From the NCBI GenBank assembly GCA_001600695.1, contig BCKQ01000014.1, positions 188,937 through 252,936 of the forward strand: DNA of 64,000 bases, in the 5' to 3' direction. This stretch comes from Ascoidea asiatica JCM 7603 (lineage: Eukaryota; Fungi; Ascomycota). Position 1 is the stretch's first letter. Every line of letters starts with the position of its first letter. Below, in pieces: positions 44,601 to 59,727 of this stretch. Below the pieces are notes generated by a model. The model did no database searches. It saw only the letters and a program-made list of their open reading frames with translations, and was not told where the DNA came from. Both the position numbers and the translations under genes were made by a program.

Positions 44601-47120
44601 TATTAAAGGTTTATTAATTGGTGAAAATTCAATTCTTTTTGGTGATGGTGTTCGTATAACTGGAGGTTTAACTGATTTTAATGTTGGTTTTCTTGATAAT
44701 CTTGTTGTTGGTGGCATTTGAGAAATTTGTGAAATTCCTCCATTAATAATCTCTTTTGTTAAACTATCACTATTATCATTTCCATTATTTAATTCAAGAT
44801 TTGGTGATGCTGATAATGAATGTTGTAATGTTGGTGCTCTTGATCGAATTGGATGTTTAATATTATTTAATTGACTAAGATTCATTGAACTTAAATTCAT
44901 CGGACTATTTCCATTATTAATATTATTATTTATACTACTGTTATTATTATTATTATTATTAATATTATCATTATTATTATTATTATTATTACTACTATTG
45001 TCTAATGCACTCACAACTGGTGTAGAAACTGAATTCACTAACATGGGTTTATTATTGCTATTATTATTATTATTATTATTTTTACTTATCACAGGTTCAA
45101 TTTTATTTGAAGAATTATTTAACTCTTTCATTGAAGGAATCTCAATCATCTCAGGTATTTCAATCATTTCTTGTATTTCATTCATTTCTGGTATTTCAAT
45201 CATTGATGGAATTTCAATCATTGATGGATTTTCAATATCAATTATACCTCCAGGTGTACCACCTCTAGAATTTATTGCCATATTTGTAATACTAGTATCC
45301 AAACTAATCATATTATCACTATTATTAATATTTCTATTATTATTATTCAGATTATTCATATTGTTCATGTTGTTCATATTGTTCATATTGTTCATATTGT
45401 TCATATTGTTCATATTATTCATACCATTTATTCCATTTGGACCATTTAAATTATTTACATCATTAAATTGAAATAAATCTTGTAAAGATTTTGGTAATTC
45501 TTTTCTAGTTGAAGACATGTTTGAATTATTTGAATTATTAATATTATTTGAATTATTTTTTGTTGAATAACTATTTGGATTAAAAGATGTTTGAGCTGTG
45601 CTCTCAGAAAAATTTGAATTTTCAATGTTATTGAAATTATTTGAATTATTATTAATATTATTACTATTTATGATATTATTTGTATTATTTATAGAATTAT
45701 TATGAGAATTAACTTTACTATTTGAATTTGGAATTGAATTTGATAAAGAAGAATTTTGAATAAATGTTGATTGATTATTAATAATTGTTGGTTGATTTTT
45801 GAGTATATCAGTCATAAATTCATCATCTTCTTCTGCATGATTATTTGTAGTAAAATTAAAATCTTCATCAGAATAATCTAAATTACTACTTATACTACTT
45901 GAATTTTGATGATGATTATTATTGCTATTTGTATGCATATGATTATGATTGATATTTTGAAGATTTGGAGGTTGCATGTTACTTTTTGGAGTAAAAGAAA
46001 CAAAATCATTTGAATTATCATCAATTATATATTCAGCACTTTTTAATGAATTAAAATCCCATCTTAAATCTAAATCGTTTTCATCATCCATCATTGAAGA
46101 ATTACTATTTGATATATTGTTGTTATTATTATTATTATTACTAATATTAGGATTAGCATTATTATCATGATTATTAGTATCATTTATAAAATCAGTATTT
46201 TTATTTAATAAAAGTATTGAATCTCTTGAACTTTGTTTTTCTCTCCAAACTAAATATCTCTTAACTAATTCTCTTACAATTGTAGTTGAAAAAGTTTTAT
46301 AATGTTTTATAAATTTTGATTTTAATAATAAATCAGCATTTGGTCTTTCATTTGCATTTTCATCAAGACAAGCAGCAATAAAACTTTTTAAAATTGGAGA
46401 ATAATTAGAACCTTGTAATCTGGGAGGTTTTTTTTCAGTTATTAATCTCATTGCAATTGTTACATCTTTATTACAATAAGGTGGATTACCAGTTGCAATT
46501 TCATAACAAGTTACACCTAAAGACCAAATATCTGCGGATACAGTATAAGTTGCACCTTCTTGAATTACTTCAGGAGCCATCCAAAATGGAGTACCAGCCA
46601 TTGTTGATCTTTTTGAAGAAGAAGTTGTTAGTTGAGCTGCAACCCCAAAATCACATAATTGAACTTTACCTTCTTTTGTTACAAGTACATTTGCAGCTTT
46701 AATATCTCTATGAATAAGACCTTGATTATGAATGAATTTTAAAGCAATTAATAATTCTCTCATAATTATTGCAATGTATTTTTCATCAAATTTTCCAGGT
46801 TTTAATAAAGATCTTAATGAACCACCATCACAAAAATCCATAATTATCCATAATTTAGTACCATTAAGATAAGAACCATAATAATGAGTAACATTTGGTA
46901 CATTTTTTAAAGAAGCTAAGAAATTAATTTCATCTTTAACATCTTTAACTTCATCTTCATCAGTATCCAAATTTAAAATTTTTATTGCTACAATTTGTTT
47001 AGTTTTGATATTTTGAGCTTTATAAACAACACCAAATTTTCCTCTACCTGCAATTTCAGTTCTTTTATATAATTTATTTACAGGAATTTGATCATTTTTA
47101 TTATTACTTATATGATTCAT
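44217..47120 (-). CDS. KIC1: Ste20-like GCK kinase Kic1/Nak1
   Basis: N-terminal kinase domain: GRGKFGVVYK, VAIKILNLDTDEDEV, HRDIKAANVL, LCDFGVAAQL, MAGTPFWMAPEVI. WDF motif (LRWDFNSL) and a long Asn-rich tail. Confidence 0.92.
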
Positions 47121-48301
47121 TTTTCATATACGTAATATATATATATATATATTCATATATTTTTTGAATGTTTATGATTTTCTAACAGAAACAAATAAGA
47201 GAAACAAAGAAATTGTTTTAGGAGAGAATTGAAAAATCTTAATATTTTTAAAATTATAGTATAAAATGAAATAAATGGAAAATGATCCTAAAACTTGAAA
47301 TCTTGATATTGATTTTGATATCGATGTTAATTTATTATTGATGTTGATAAATGTTTAACTCTTAGAATTGACTAATGTTGATCCAGTTTAGACTTCTTAG
47401 AGAAGTCAGGAATTTCAATTGAGTAAGTTAAATAATTGAGAATAATTATGAAATAAATGAAAAAAATATCCAGACTAAGAATTATTTTGAAAGAAAGGTA
47501 AGTTTCGAATTAAATTTGAATATAAAACTGAAATGATTTGAAAATAAGATTGAAATAATATTGGAATTAGATTGAAATAATTTAGAAATAAAGGTGAAAG
47601 ATTGAAGAAGTCAAATAAATAAATTGTCTTGTGGAGTTCTTGTATCAAACACCAGCGCCCTCTGCCGTCGACTCAGTCTTAACCGAACTGCTACCGCAAA
47701 CCGAGGGCATACCGAGCCATTGTTTAAAACATACGAGGGCAGTACCAGGTAAATGGTAAATCCATTATTGAGGGTTTAATGCAGAGCCACAATCTATACA
47801 GATAAAAAACAGCATTTTACCGATGTATACATAGAACTTGCCACTTAAACAAGCCACCACCAGCCATTTAAAATTAGCCCCCAAAGCCACATGTGTGCCA
47901 CTTTAGCATCAACGAGACCAAAAATATGGATCACAATTATTCAATTAAAAGTTACGCGCTGATACTGAAAAAAATAATAATTTGATAAAGTTACTGCTGA
48001 TATTTTGATTACCTCGAGTTGGTTTGTTTATGAATCGTTCGCCCAGAGCGTTTCTTGATTAAAAAGAAGGTATCTTTATTTTCTACTTTTTGAATTCTAT
48101 TTTTGTTTAATAATCAAACTTTGATGACTAGATTACTTCATATCTTAAGATTCTATTTGTCTTTTGATCTTATTTACTTTAATCTAAACTTACATTCATT
48201 TTAAATATTTGATCTTCCTATGAGGTGATTACAATTAACTTATTCGATTCGTTTCTTCTTTCTTTTTTTTCTTCTTGATCTTTTTGATCACCAACTTAAT
48301 A

Positions 48302-51300
48302 ATGCCTGTTACATCAAATGTTTCCACTTATATTAAACAAATAGACAAAGAGAACTTGAATATACCAAATAAAGATTCATTTGCATTTTTAAATGTAGTT
48401 TATCCAACTTTATTACCCATTCCTTCATTTCGACAAAATCATCAAAATCAAAATCAAAATCAAATCAAACCTACTGCAGTTTCATCTAATGTTTCTAATA
48501 CAATAAAATCTTCAAACAAAAATATACCTTTAAATAATCAAACCAACATCAATTCAAGTATACCTAAAAAATCTTCATCCTCATCATCATCTAATTTTAT
48601 ATCTATATTCAATGAAGGTACAAGTAATATATTTCAATCAAAACCCACAAAACCGACAAGTTTAAATTTAAACTCTAATATTAATATAAATGGTACTATA
48701 AATGGTAATATAAATGGAAATGTAAATGGAAACTCGAATTTAAATATATCAACACCAAGAAATAATTCAATGAAATTAAATCTTGATAGATCATCTAGAG
48801 TTTCAGGAATTGGTTTAATGTCAATGAAAAGAAATATCAATACAATTTCAAATACAATTACAAGTACTCCTCTAAATAAATTTATATCAACTAATAATAT
48901 AAATAGTAACAACAAGAATGATAATAATAATAATAATAATATAATGAATGATGAAGTAGATTTAACTCAAGATTTATCTGATCACTTCTTTGATGATATT
49001 CCTATTTCAAAGAAAAATCAAAATATTAATCAAAACAATATTCAAACTTTCAATCAAGACAATAATCAATTGAAAAATCGAACTGAAATTACAGATCAAG
49101 AAGTTTTAGAATTACAAATTCAAGAATATGATCAATTTTCAAATTCCAATTCTAATTCAATTATAAGGAAAAATTCTATAAAAATTTCAAATATTGATAG
49201 TCCAATAAATAATTTGAAAAGACTAAATAATGTAAATAATCAAACTTCAAAAAGACTAAAAAAAAATAATCAATCTTATTTAAATACGTCTTCTGCAAAT
49301 GAAGATATTGATAAAAATGATCAAAAAATTAATAGTAATAATGATAATCATGATAGTGATATATTAAATGATTTAAAAAAATTTAATAAAAATCATTTAA
49401 TCTCAATTATTAAACAACAACTATCTGTAATGCAAAATCAATCAAATTTAATCAAATTTTTATCTTCAAATAATTCAAAAAATATAAAATCTCTTAATGA
49501 TAAAACTTTAAGATCAAAAATTAAATTAGATATTCAAAAGTTACAAACTTTATTCTCAAATGATGAAAATTATAATATAAATAATTCAATAAATTCTTTT
49601 AATTCTAATGATTCTTTCAAATCTGCTGAATCACAAAATAATATAAATAATAATATAAGTAATAATATAAGTAATAATATAAATAATAACCTAAATAATA
49701 ACCTAAATAATAACATAAATAATAACATAAATGAAAAAATAAATGATAATATGAATGATATAAATAATAGTATACGTATTAATTCAGATAATAGTAATAG
49801 AAGAGGATCTTTTTCGAGCGATAGTTTTGATGATAGTAGTGATAATTTTATTCAATTCAATAATGATGTACTCAAACAAGCTGTACCTCCATCGGCACTT
49901 CAATCAAACCATGAATCTCTTCAGAATCCTCCTCTGATAAATTCATTCACTGATAATAATAATAATAACAATAACACTAATAACAATAATAATAATATTC
50001 AACAAAATAATATCCAGTCAAATCAAATACCGAGAAACCAAACCCCCAAAACTGATTCAAGACCTATATTTGGTGAACCAATAGTAGATGAATTTGAGAA
50101 TGATATAGATGATTCATTTTTAGATCAACATCCTCCAGAATATGAGGCTGAAGATGAAATTGAAGATAGTTATGATTTAGAAAGTTTTATTGACGATAAT
50201 GATTTTGAAAATTTAAGTTTAATAGATGGTGATGCAGATTATAATCCAAATGAAGATGAGAATCGAATTAGAAATCAAAAAGAAAGTGATAAAATTGATA
50301 AAAATAATAAAAATAATAAAACTGATTCATATTTATCAGATTCTTTTAGTACTGATATTTTTGATGATGATGAAAATTATCCAAATGAAAACAATAATAA
50401 TAATATTAATAAAACCAATAATACAATTGATAATGAAACAAATGATGACGTTAATTTTAAATCAAGATCTCAACATTTTGTTATTCCAGATGAAGAAGAA
50501 AATGATTATCATGAATATGATGTTATTGATAGTGGTTCAAATAATGAATTTACAAAAGAAAAAGAAGTTGAGATTATTGAAATATATTCAGAAGATGATA
50601 ATATTATTGATAATACAAATGATAGTATAAATAATGAAAATATTTTTAAGTTAAATAAAAGAAATCAACAAAGTTCAATATCATTACCAAGTTCTCCAAT
50701 ACCAGATGAAAATTATATTGAAATAATTGATGATTCCAATGATATTTCTGAACAAGTTAATATAGTTGAAAAAAAAAATAAAAAACCAAAAATTATTGGA
50801 CCTATACTTCCTTGGTCTGCTGAACTTATGGAAATGTTAAGTAAAGTATTTAGGTTAAATTCTTTTAGACCAAATCAATTAGAGGCAATAAATGCAACTT
50901 TGGCAGGTGATGATGTATTTGTATTAATGCCTACAGGAGGTGGAAAGTCTTTATGTTATCAATTACCTGCATTAATTAAAGGAGGTAAAACTTTTGGTAC
51001 AACTATAGTTATTTCTCCATTAATTTCATTAATGCAAGATCAAGTTCAACACTTATTAAAAAATAAAATTTTAGCAGCATATATAAATTCAAAAGGTACA
51101 GCGGATGAACGAAGGCATACATTCAATTTATTTATAAATGGATGTTTAGATTTAATTTATCTTTCACCAGAAATGATTGGAGCAAGTAAACAAGCAAAAA
51201 ATGCAATTAATAAATTATATGAAAGTAAAAAATTAGCAAGAATTGTTGTTGATGAAGCACATTGTGTAAGTTCATGGGGTCATGATTTTAGACCAGATTA

Positions 51301-52576
51301 TAAAGCATTATCATATTTCAAAACAGAATATCCAGAAATTCCAATAATGGCATTAACAGCAACAGCTAATGAACAAGTTAGATTAGATATTATTCATAAT
51401 TTAAATATGAATAAACCAAAATTTTTTAAACAAAGTTTTAATAGAACAAATTTATTTTATGAAGTTATAAAAAAAACAAAATCAGTATTAATAGATATGA
51501 CAAATTTAATTCAAAATAAATATAATGGTAAAACAGGTATAATATATTGTCATTCAAAGACATCATGTGAAAAAACATCAAATTATTTAAAAACTGCAGG
51601 TATAAGTTCAGCATATTATCATGCAGGTATTGAATCCGAATCAAGATTAAATATTCAAAAACTTTGGCAAAGTGGTAAGATAAAAGTAATATGTGCAACA
51701 ATTGCATTTGGAATGGGAATTGATAAAGCAGAAGTTAGATTTGTTATTCATTTTACAATTCCAAGAAGTTTAGAAGGATATTATCAAGAAACTGGTAGAG
51801 CAGGTAGAGATGGAAAATTATCAGATTGTATAATGTATTATTCAATTGGAGATGCCAATCAATTACAAAGAATGATTCAAAAAGATGATGATTTAGATAG
51901 AGATGGTAAAGAAAAACATTTAGAAAAATTAAATCAAGTTGTATTATATTGTGAAAATTCATTTGATTGTAGACGTAAACAAGTTTTACAATATTTTAAT
52001 GAAAGTTTTGATCCAAAGAATTGTAATAAACAATGTGATAATTGTATTTCAGGTAGAATTAATGAAGATACAGAAAGGGATATTACAGAAGATGCCAAAA
52101 ATTTTGTTTTATTAGTTAGATCAATTGAAAATGAAAAAGTTACATGTATTTATTGTCAAGATATTTTTAGAGGATCAAAAGTTAATAAACTTGTTCAAAA
52201 TCATGGTAATAATCCATATTATGGTAAAGGTAATAAATATTCAAGAAATGATATGGATAGATTAATGTTTAATTTAAAATGTGAGAAAATAATTGAAGAA
52301 TATGGAGTACCAAATAAAGCAGGATTTTCAACAAATTATGTTAGAGTTAATAGATATGGATGTAGAGATTTATTAAATGATAAACGAAGGATAAAAATGA
52401 GTTTTCCAAGTTCAAATTCAAATTCTAATTCAAATAATAATTCAAATAATAATTCAAATAATAGAAATGGAGCAAGAAATGGAACTATGCCAAAAATAAC
52501 GACAGCTCGAAAACAATTGGCAGAAAATAATAATAATAATATTAATGGCAATAGTAATTATAGCAATTATAACAAC

Positions 52577-52607
<31 letters not shown>

Positions 52608-53212
52608 GAGAAAGTCGAATTTTAACACCAATAGTATTAAAAGAGAGAACATTTGAAAGTGAAGAAGAAAAAATATTTTTTCAAAAAGCATTTGACTCAT
52701 TAAATGCATTAAGATTACGTAAAATGGGAGATTTTAATTTAAGAACAAGTAATAGTGTTTGTAGTAATATTTCTTTACAAGATATGGCAATAAAATTACC
52801 ACAAAATAAAAAAGACTTTGAAAAATTAAAAGGTATAACATCATCACAAGTTAGAGATTATTATTCATTTTTTAAACCAATATTATTAACATTAAAAAAT
52901 CAAAAAGAAGATAAATTAACAACAATGGCATTTAGTTCTTCAAATACTATTAGTACTAGTACTAATAATAATAATGGTAATCATGGTAATAGAGTTGATA
53001 CATCACCATATTTTAAAAATAATTTAGAATCAAATGAAAGGAAAAAAGTTTTAGAAGAATGTCAAATGTTAATGTCACAACAAGTAAATGAAAATATAGA
53101 AATTAAGAAAACTCCATATAGAAAACAAAGTAGAGGAAATTATAAAAGTAGATATTCAAAAACTAAAACAGCAAGTGGTGGTGGTACTAGGAGTCGAACG
53201 ATGAAATACTAA
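48302..53212 (+). CDS. SGS1: RecQ helicase Sgs1
   Basis: ATG at 48302. FRPNQLEAI, MPTGGGKSLCYQLPA, VDEAHCVSSWGHDFRPDY, ATIAFGMGIDK, YYQETGRAGRDG, RQC Cys cluster, HRDC-like segment, long acidic N-terminus. Confidence 0.95.
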
Positions 53213-53878
53213 ATCTTATATTTAAACAATTGGAATATATTTATATATTTGATATAAAATATAAATACTGTAATTATAGAAATAAGCTGAAATTAAACTA
53301 AATCAAATTAAATCAAAATCACTAACTTATTTAAAGTTGGTGATAAGGTAAACAGAGAAATGAAAAAAAATAAAAAAGATAGAATACCCGTGATGTTGGC
53401 GATTAATAAGCATGTGACTTAAATAGGCTTGTAACCATAACCCACAAATCTGGTACTTTGAGATGTATTTCTATGCTTATTAATGTGCTAAGTTTTAAAT
53501 AAGGAAATAGTGGAAAACAAGAAATCCGAGGTTAATCCACCAAGTATAGGCGTGATTAGCACGTGGCTTTTGCCTCTTTGGTTGTCTTCTTTATAAAGTC
53601 TTGTTGGATCTTGCTCTGGAGCGAACAGCTTCAAAGTAAAGTGAAGTAATGAAATTACCCAACACATCAACTGGCAATCAACCACCACAAGCACCAGAAC
53701 CAGCAGCAAGCAAAGATTCAGAGGCAAACAACAACTCAACTAACTCCTTTTACACCAGCAGCTTCTTTCCAAGCTACAAAACCCCTTTTAATGCCAACTG
53801 AATTTGATGAAGTGCTCCTTCTCACTAACAATAAACCACAAAATAAACTTGAATTTGATTCAATAATTCATTTTCATC

Positions 53879-53923
53879 ATGAACTTTTTAATTCAGCAAC
53901 AACAACTACAGCAACAGCAACAG

Positions 53924-53961
<38 letters not shown>

Positions 53962-54298
53962 GAAACAAGCTCAACCAAATCTAAATGGTATTAATATCAA
54001 TCAATCCTCAAATATTCATAGTCCTTCATCAAATTCAATAAAATTAACTCCTCAACAATTATTTCTACATCAACAACAACAACAACAATTATTAAATACT
54101 TTAAATAATCATCCAAATAATATTAATAATAATAATCAACAACAACAACCTCAAACCCAACAACAACAACCTTCTCAAACTCCAACTCAATCAAATAAAA
54201 TTAACAATTTAAGTAATATAAATAATATAAATAATATAAATAATTTATCAAATTCAATAAATAATTTAAATATTAACAGTAAAAATAATCCAAATACT

Positions 54299-54374
<76 letters not shown>

Positions 54375-55618
54375 CAAATTCTAATATAACTGCAAATATG
54401 AACAATATAAACAATTTATCTGATCAACAAAAACAAATAAATATTCTGGATCAAATAAGACATCAACAACAACAACAACAATTACAATTACTTCAATTAC
54501 AACAACAACAACAACAACAATTAAATAATAATAATATCATTAATCATAATATTAATAATATATCATCTAATAATACAAATAATACAACAACTAATAATAA
54601 TACCAATACTTCCAATAATAATACTACTCCAAATAGTATTCCAAATAGTATTCCTTCTTCAATTCCAATACAAATCTCTTCAAATAATCAAAATCAAAAT
54701 CAAAATATTCCAAGTAATATTCAGAATCCTACTCAAAATCCTATTCAAAATCTAAATGTTAACCCAATCCCTAATCCAAATCTTAATCAAATTACAAATC
54801 CAATTACAAATACTTCACTTCCATCAACTGCAAATACTTCTAATGTAAATAGTAATATTAATAATAATCCATCAATTAATGGTATTGGAAATGGTATTGG
54901 AAATGGTCTTAATAATAATAATAATAATAATAATATAGCTACCTCTACTACCACCAATGTAGCAATTAATAACAATGGTTTAATTAAAGAAGTTTGGAAT
55001 ACTAATTTACAAGAAGAAATTATTTTAATAAGAGAATTAATTAATGCTTTCAATTATATCTCAATTTCAACTGAATTTCCTGGTGTTGTTTGTAGACCAA
55101 TGGGAAAATTTGAAAATCAATCTGATTTTCATTATCAAACAATGAGAGTTAATTCTGATTTATTAAATTTAATTCAATTATCAATATCTTTATCAAATAA
55201 AAATGGTAAAACTCCAAATGATTTTAATACAAATTTACCAAATACTTGGCAATTTAATTTTAAATTTGATATTAATAATCAAATGTTTAATTTAGATTCA
55301 ATTAATGATTTAAATTTAACTGGTATAAATTTTAATAATTTATTAATTCATGGTATTGATTATTTAAATTTTACAGAATTAATTTATAATTCTGGTTTAA
55401 TTTTAAAAAATTATAAAAAATTTAATTTTAAAAATTTAAATTGGATAAGTTTTAATTCTGGTTATGATTTTGGTTTTTTCTTAAAATTATTAATTAATAA
55501 TAAAATGCCATTAAATCAATTAGAATTTTTAAAAAAACTTGAAAAATTTTTTATAAATTATTTTGATATAAAATATATCTCAATTTTACATAAGGATATT
55601 TTAATTTCAAATATTTCA

Positions 55619-55652
<34 letters not shown>

Positions 55653-56785
55653 GTAATAATAACACCAAGCCTAATAATAATATAAATAATATGAACTTGA
55701 TGAGTAATATAAATAATTTCAATAATTTTAGTAATTTCAATAATAATAACAACAACAATATCAATAGTATTAATAATTCAATACTTAAAGATCTGAAAGA
55801 ATCAAAAGATATTAATTTTAAAAAATTTTCTTTAAATAATTTAGCAGATAATTTAGGTATTAATATCAATACAATTCTTGGTAATAATTCTTCAATTAAT
55901 AATAATTTAAGTCAATCTGGTGTTCAAGCTTTATTAACAAGTAAATGTTTTTTTGAATTAAGAAAATTATTAATTTATAATAATCAAATCTCAAATAAAT
56001 CAAAAAATAATAATTTAAAAGAAAATAAGAAAAAAACTGTTGATGAAAATTCTTCTGAAACTAAAAATAAAAATAATAATACTAATAACAATGGAGATAA
56101 AGAAATTGAAGATGAAGAAGATATAATGAATGAATTTAAAAATATTATTTGGGGTATAGGTAATGAAAGTAGTCAAATTAATTTAAATGAATTAATTAAT
56201 CCTTCAATTCAAATTCCAAATACTCCAAGTGCAAATAATATTCATATAAATAATTCCAATATTAATAATATTAATAATAATGGCAACTCAAATAGTAATA
56301 CTAATACGAATATTATTAATAATGGTAATAATAATAACAATAATTTAACTAATTTAGCTAATGGTATTCCAAATGGAATCAATAATAATAATATGAATAG
56401 TATCAATAATATGAGTAGTATCAATAATATTAATAATATGAGTAATGGTATTGGAATTAATAATATGAGTACTATTAATAATGGTTTAAATGGTATGAAT
56501 AATATGAATAATGGTTTAAATACTGGAATTAACCTTAATAATTTAAATAATATGAACAATATGAATAATAATATGAATAATAATAATATTAATAATATGA
56601 GTAATATCAATAATATGAGTAATATTAATAATATGAATATGAATCATATAAATAATATGAACATGAATAATTTAAATAATATGAATAATTTAAATAATTT
56701 AAATGGAACTCCAATAATGAATAGAAATGGGTTAAATTTACTTTCTCCAGGAAACGTTGGTGGTACTATGTATAATTACAATTAA
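53879..56785 (+). CDS. POP2: CCR4-NOT subunit Pop2/Caf1
   Basis: IKEVWNTNL, ISTEFPGVVCRPMGKF, HYQTMRVNSDLL, NTWQFNFKFD, SGYDFGF; Q/N-rich termini. Confidence 0.93.
54299..54372 (+). repeat. (AAT)n trinucleotide repeat encoding poly-Asn in POP2
   Basis: More than 20 uninterrupted AAT units. Confidence 0.9.
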
Positions 56786-57461
56786 AATTTGTTTGTTTTG
56801 GTTTTTAATTAATCAATCAATTGTCTTTTAGAATCTTTTATTTAGTTTTATTTTTATCAATTTTCTTCACATTTTGTTTATAATTCAATAAATCTTTTAA
56901 CAATTTTTATAAAATTTCTGTAGATTCTATATTGGGTAATATTTATTTTCGGAAAGTTGAAAATTATAATTATCCTTTTTAAAGAAATATTTCCCGGACA
57001 AAATGTATTCCGATTTTAATTTCCATAAACGGAAACAACGTAAAATCTCAAAAAAATAAAAAAAATTAAATTAAAAAAAAAACCGCACTTCTGGTCTCAA
57101 GCTTACATCAGCACTCTGTCAGCAACAGCAGCCAATTGGAACTCGCGTTTTTTTAATCAAGGAAATAATCCAGGGCAAGATTCATTCAAGCATTCAAGCT
57201 CTGTTGATTGATTGCAGAGAGTGAATGAAAGAATGAAAAGAGTTGATTGATGAAATTGATGGGAGTGAGCTATGAAGAAGACAGGACTCAAAAGGTAAAA
57301 GTGGTTGAAGAAATAACTGAAGAAGATCAAGTTTCAATTAAACTGTGTTTATTATTATTCATCTCTATCAATTGGTAGGTTTATTATATATTTAAGGCCT
57401 GTTACTATTAGTACTATTACTTTGAAGGCCCCAATTGTTTCATTAATAATCCGTTGAAATA

Positions 57462-58925
57462 ATGTTTTCATTAGCCTCTCGTCGTTCAATATTTAATAAT
57501 CTTAAGAAGAATTCTTTATCAATTTCTTCTTCAAAAGGTTTTTTAAAAAATTCAAGATCTTTTTCAAGTATAAATAATATAACATATAATAATAATAATA
57601 GTGGTAGTAATCCTATTGATATAAATAAAACAAAAATAGCAGATCCATATCCAGAACAAATAAATTCAGCTTTAGGTACTTATCAACCAACAACAATTTC
57701 AGAAGAATTTAATATTCATAATCCAGATTATGATGATTTAGCAAAAACTCAAAATACAAAAATTAGACATTTTACAGTAAATTTTGGTCCACAACATCCT
57801 GCTGCTCATGGTGTTTTACGTTTAATTTTAGAACTATCAGGTGAAGAAATTGTAAGATCTGATCCTCATGTTGGTTTATTACATCGTGGAACTGAAAAAT
57901 TAATTGAATCAAAAACTTATATGCAAGCTTTACCATATTTTGATCGTTTAGATTATGTTTCAATGATGACAAATGAATTAGTATTTTGTTTAGCAACTGA
58001 AAAATTATTAAATATTGAAGTACCAATTAGAGCAAAATATGTTAGAACTTTATTCGGTGAAATTACGAGAGTTTTAAATCATTTAATGTCAGTTTTATCT
58101 CATGGTATGGATGTAGGAGCTTTAACACCATTTTTATGGGGTTTTGAAGAAAGAGAAAAATTAATAGAATTTTATGAAAGAGTTTCAGGTGCAAGATTTC
58201 ATGCAGCATATTTTAGACCAGGTGGAGTTTCTCAAGATTTACCAGAAGGTTTATTAGATGATATTTATATGTGGGCAACACAATTTGGTGATAGATTAGA
58301 TGAAACTGAAGAATTATTAACAGATAATAGAATTTGGAAACAAAGATTAAAAGATGTTGGAGTTTTAACAGCAGAAGATGCTTTAAATTATTCATGTTCT
58401 GGTGTAATGTTAAGAGGTTCTGGTATTCCATATGATGTTAGAAAAGCTCAGCCATATGATGCTTATGATTTAGTTGATTTTGATATACCTGTTGGTTTAA
58501 ATGGTGATTGTTATGATCGTTATTTATGTAGAATGGCGGAATTTAGACAATCTTTAAGAATTATTGAACAATGTATTAATAATATGCCTGCAGGTCCAAT
58601 AAAAGTTGAAGATTATAAAATTAATCCACCACCAAGATCTTTAATGAAAGAAGATATGGAAGCTTTAATTCATCATTTTCTTTTATTTACAAAAGGTTAT
58701 GCTGTACCACAAGGTGAAACTTATACTGCTATAGAAGCTCCAAAAGGTGAAATGGGTGTATATCTTATCAGTGATGGTTCTGAAAGACCTTATAAATGTA
58801 AAATTAGAGCTCCAGGTTTTGCACATTTAGCTGCTTTTGATCATATATCAAGAGGTAATTTCTTAGCTGATGCTGTTGCTATAATTGGTACTATGGATCT
58901 TGTCTTCGGTGAAGTTGATCGTTAG
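57462..58925 (+). CDS. NADH:ubiquinone oxidoreductase 49-kDa subunit (NDUFS2/NUCM homologue), mitochondrial precursor
   Basis: [41 protein letters not shown], terminal DLVFGEVDR. Confidence 0.97.
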   Translation: MFSLASRRSIFNNLKKNSLSISSSKGFLKNSRSFSSINNITYNNNNSGSNPIDINKTKIADPYPEQINSALGTYQPTTISEEFNIHNPDYDDLAKTQNTKIRHFTVNFGPQHPAAHGVLRLILELSGEEIVRSDPHVGLLHRGTEKLIESKTYMQALPYFDRLDYVSMMTNELVFCLATEKLLNIEVPIRAKYVRTLFGEITRVLNHLMSVLSHGMDVGALTPFLWGFEEREKLIEFYERVSGARFHAAYFRPGGVSQDLPEGLLDDIYMWATQFGDRLDETEELLTDNRIWKQRLKDVGVLTAEDALNYSCSGVMLRGSGIPYDVRKAQPYDAYDLVDFDIPVGLNGDCYDRYLCRMAEFRQSLRIIEQCINNMPAGPIKVEDYKINPPPRSLMKEDMEALIHHFLLFTKGYAVPQGETYTAIEAPKGEMGVYLISDGSERPYKCKIRAPGFAHLAAFDHISRGNFLADAVAIIGTMDLVFGEVDR

Positions 58926-59278
58926 ACAATCATAATTACAATCAATATATAAAGTATATCAATTTAATTTAATTTAATGCCTATTCATTTCATTTCATAT
59001 CATTTATTATACATATTCTAATCAAAAATCAATATTACAATTTTTCAAATCTACGTTTACTAAGCACTGTAATCAATATTTCATTTCCCCATCTTTCATA
59101 TCATCAACTAAAATAAACTGACTCTAAATACTATTTTGATCTTTGATTACAATGATCCTTTAATAGTCTTTTAATGATTTAATCATTGGTGATAGAGCAT
59201 AAAATAATATTTGCAGTGATATTTTGTAGATAGCCGGTAAGTGTTACAGTTCTCTGCTGTGATTGGTCCGCGGCGACT

Positions 59279-59286
59279 TGAGTCAT
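59279..59286. promoter_or_regulatory. Gcn4-type site upstream of LYS2
   Basis: TGAGTCAT about 440 bp upstream of the LYS2 ATG; a weaker TGACTCT at 59119. Confidence 0.6.
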
Positions 59287-59727
59287 AGCTTCACTGAATC
59301 GAGACTTTTGAAGAAGTTAAAAAACAGAGCGAAAATGTTGAAAAATTGAAAAAAGCGAGGAAAGGTGTAAATTAAGAAACAAATATTAGCATTATTTTTA
59401 TTAATTCACTTTCAATATATTTACATATTTATATATTTAGATTATATTCTGTTCTGGGTTCTTACAACTCAGAGGTAATTATTAGTCAAACTAGAGAAGA
59501 AATATTCAAATAGGAACTTCATTGCACAGTCACAGTTTGTATTCTTCCTTTCTTTTTTTTTGCTCCCATATAAATAAGATCTCAATAATACTTACTTTTC
59601 GCTAAAGTTTCTTTATCAATATTACTTTTCATTTGTTTTATAAATTAATATTCCTTATTTTAACTTATATTCTTTAAATCTTAGCTTTATTCATTAGATT
59701 TTTTTATTATTTTTGTTGTTATAAAAA

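Noticed and set aside
44998-56610. Antisense or alternate-frame ORFs rich in L/I/F (44998-45471, 48634-48915, 50226-50630, 54187-54414, 54787-55053, 55558-55869, 56242-56610)
   Set aside because: These are shadows of AAT repeats within real genes, not membrane proteins.
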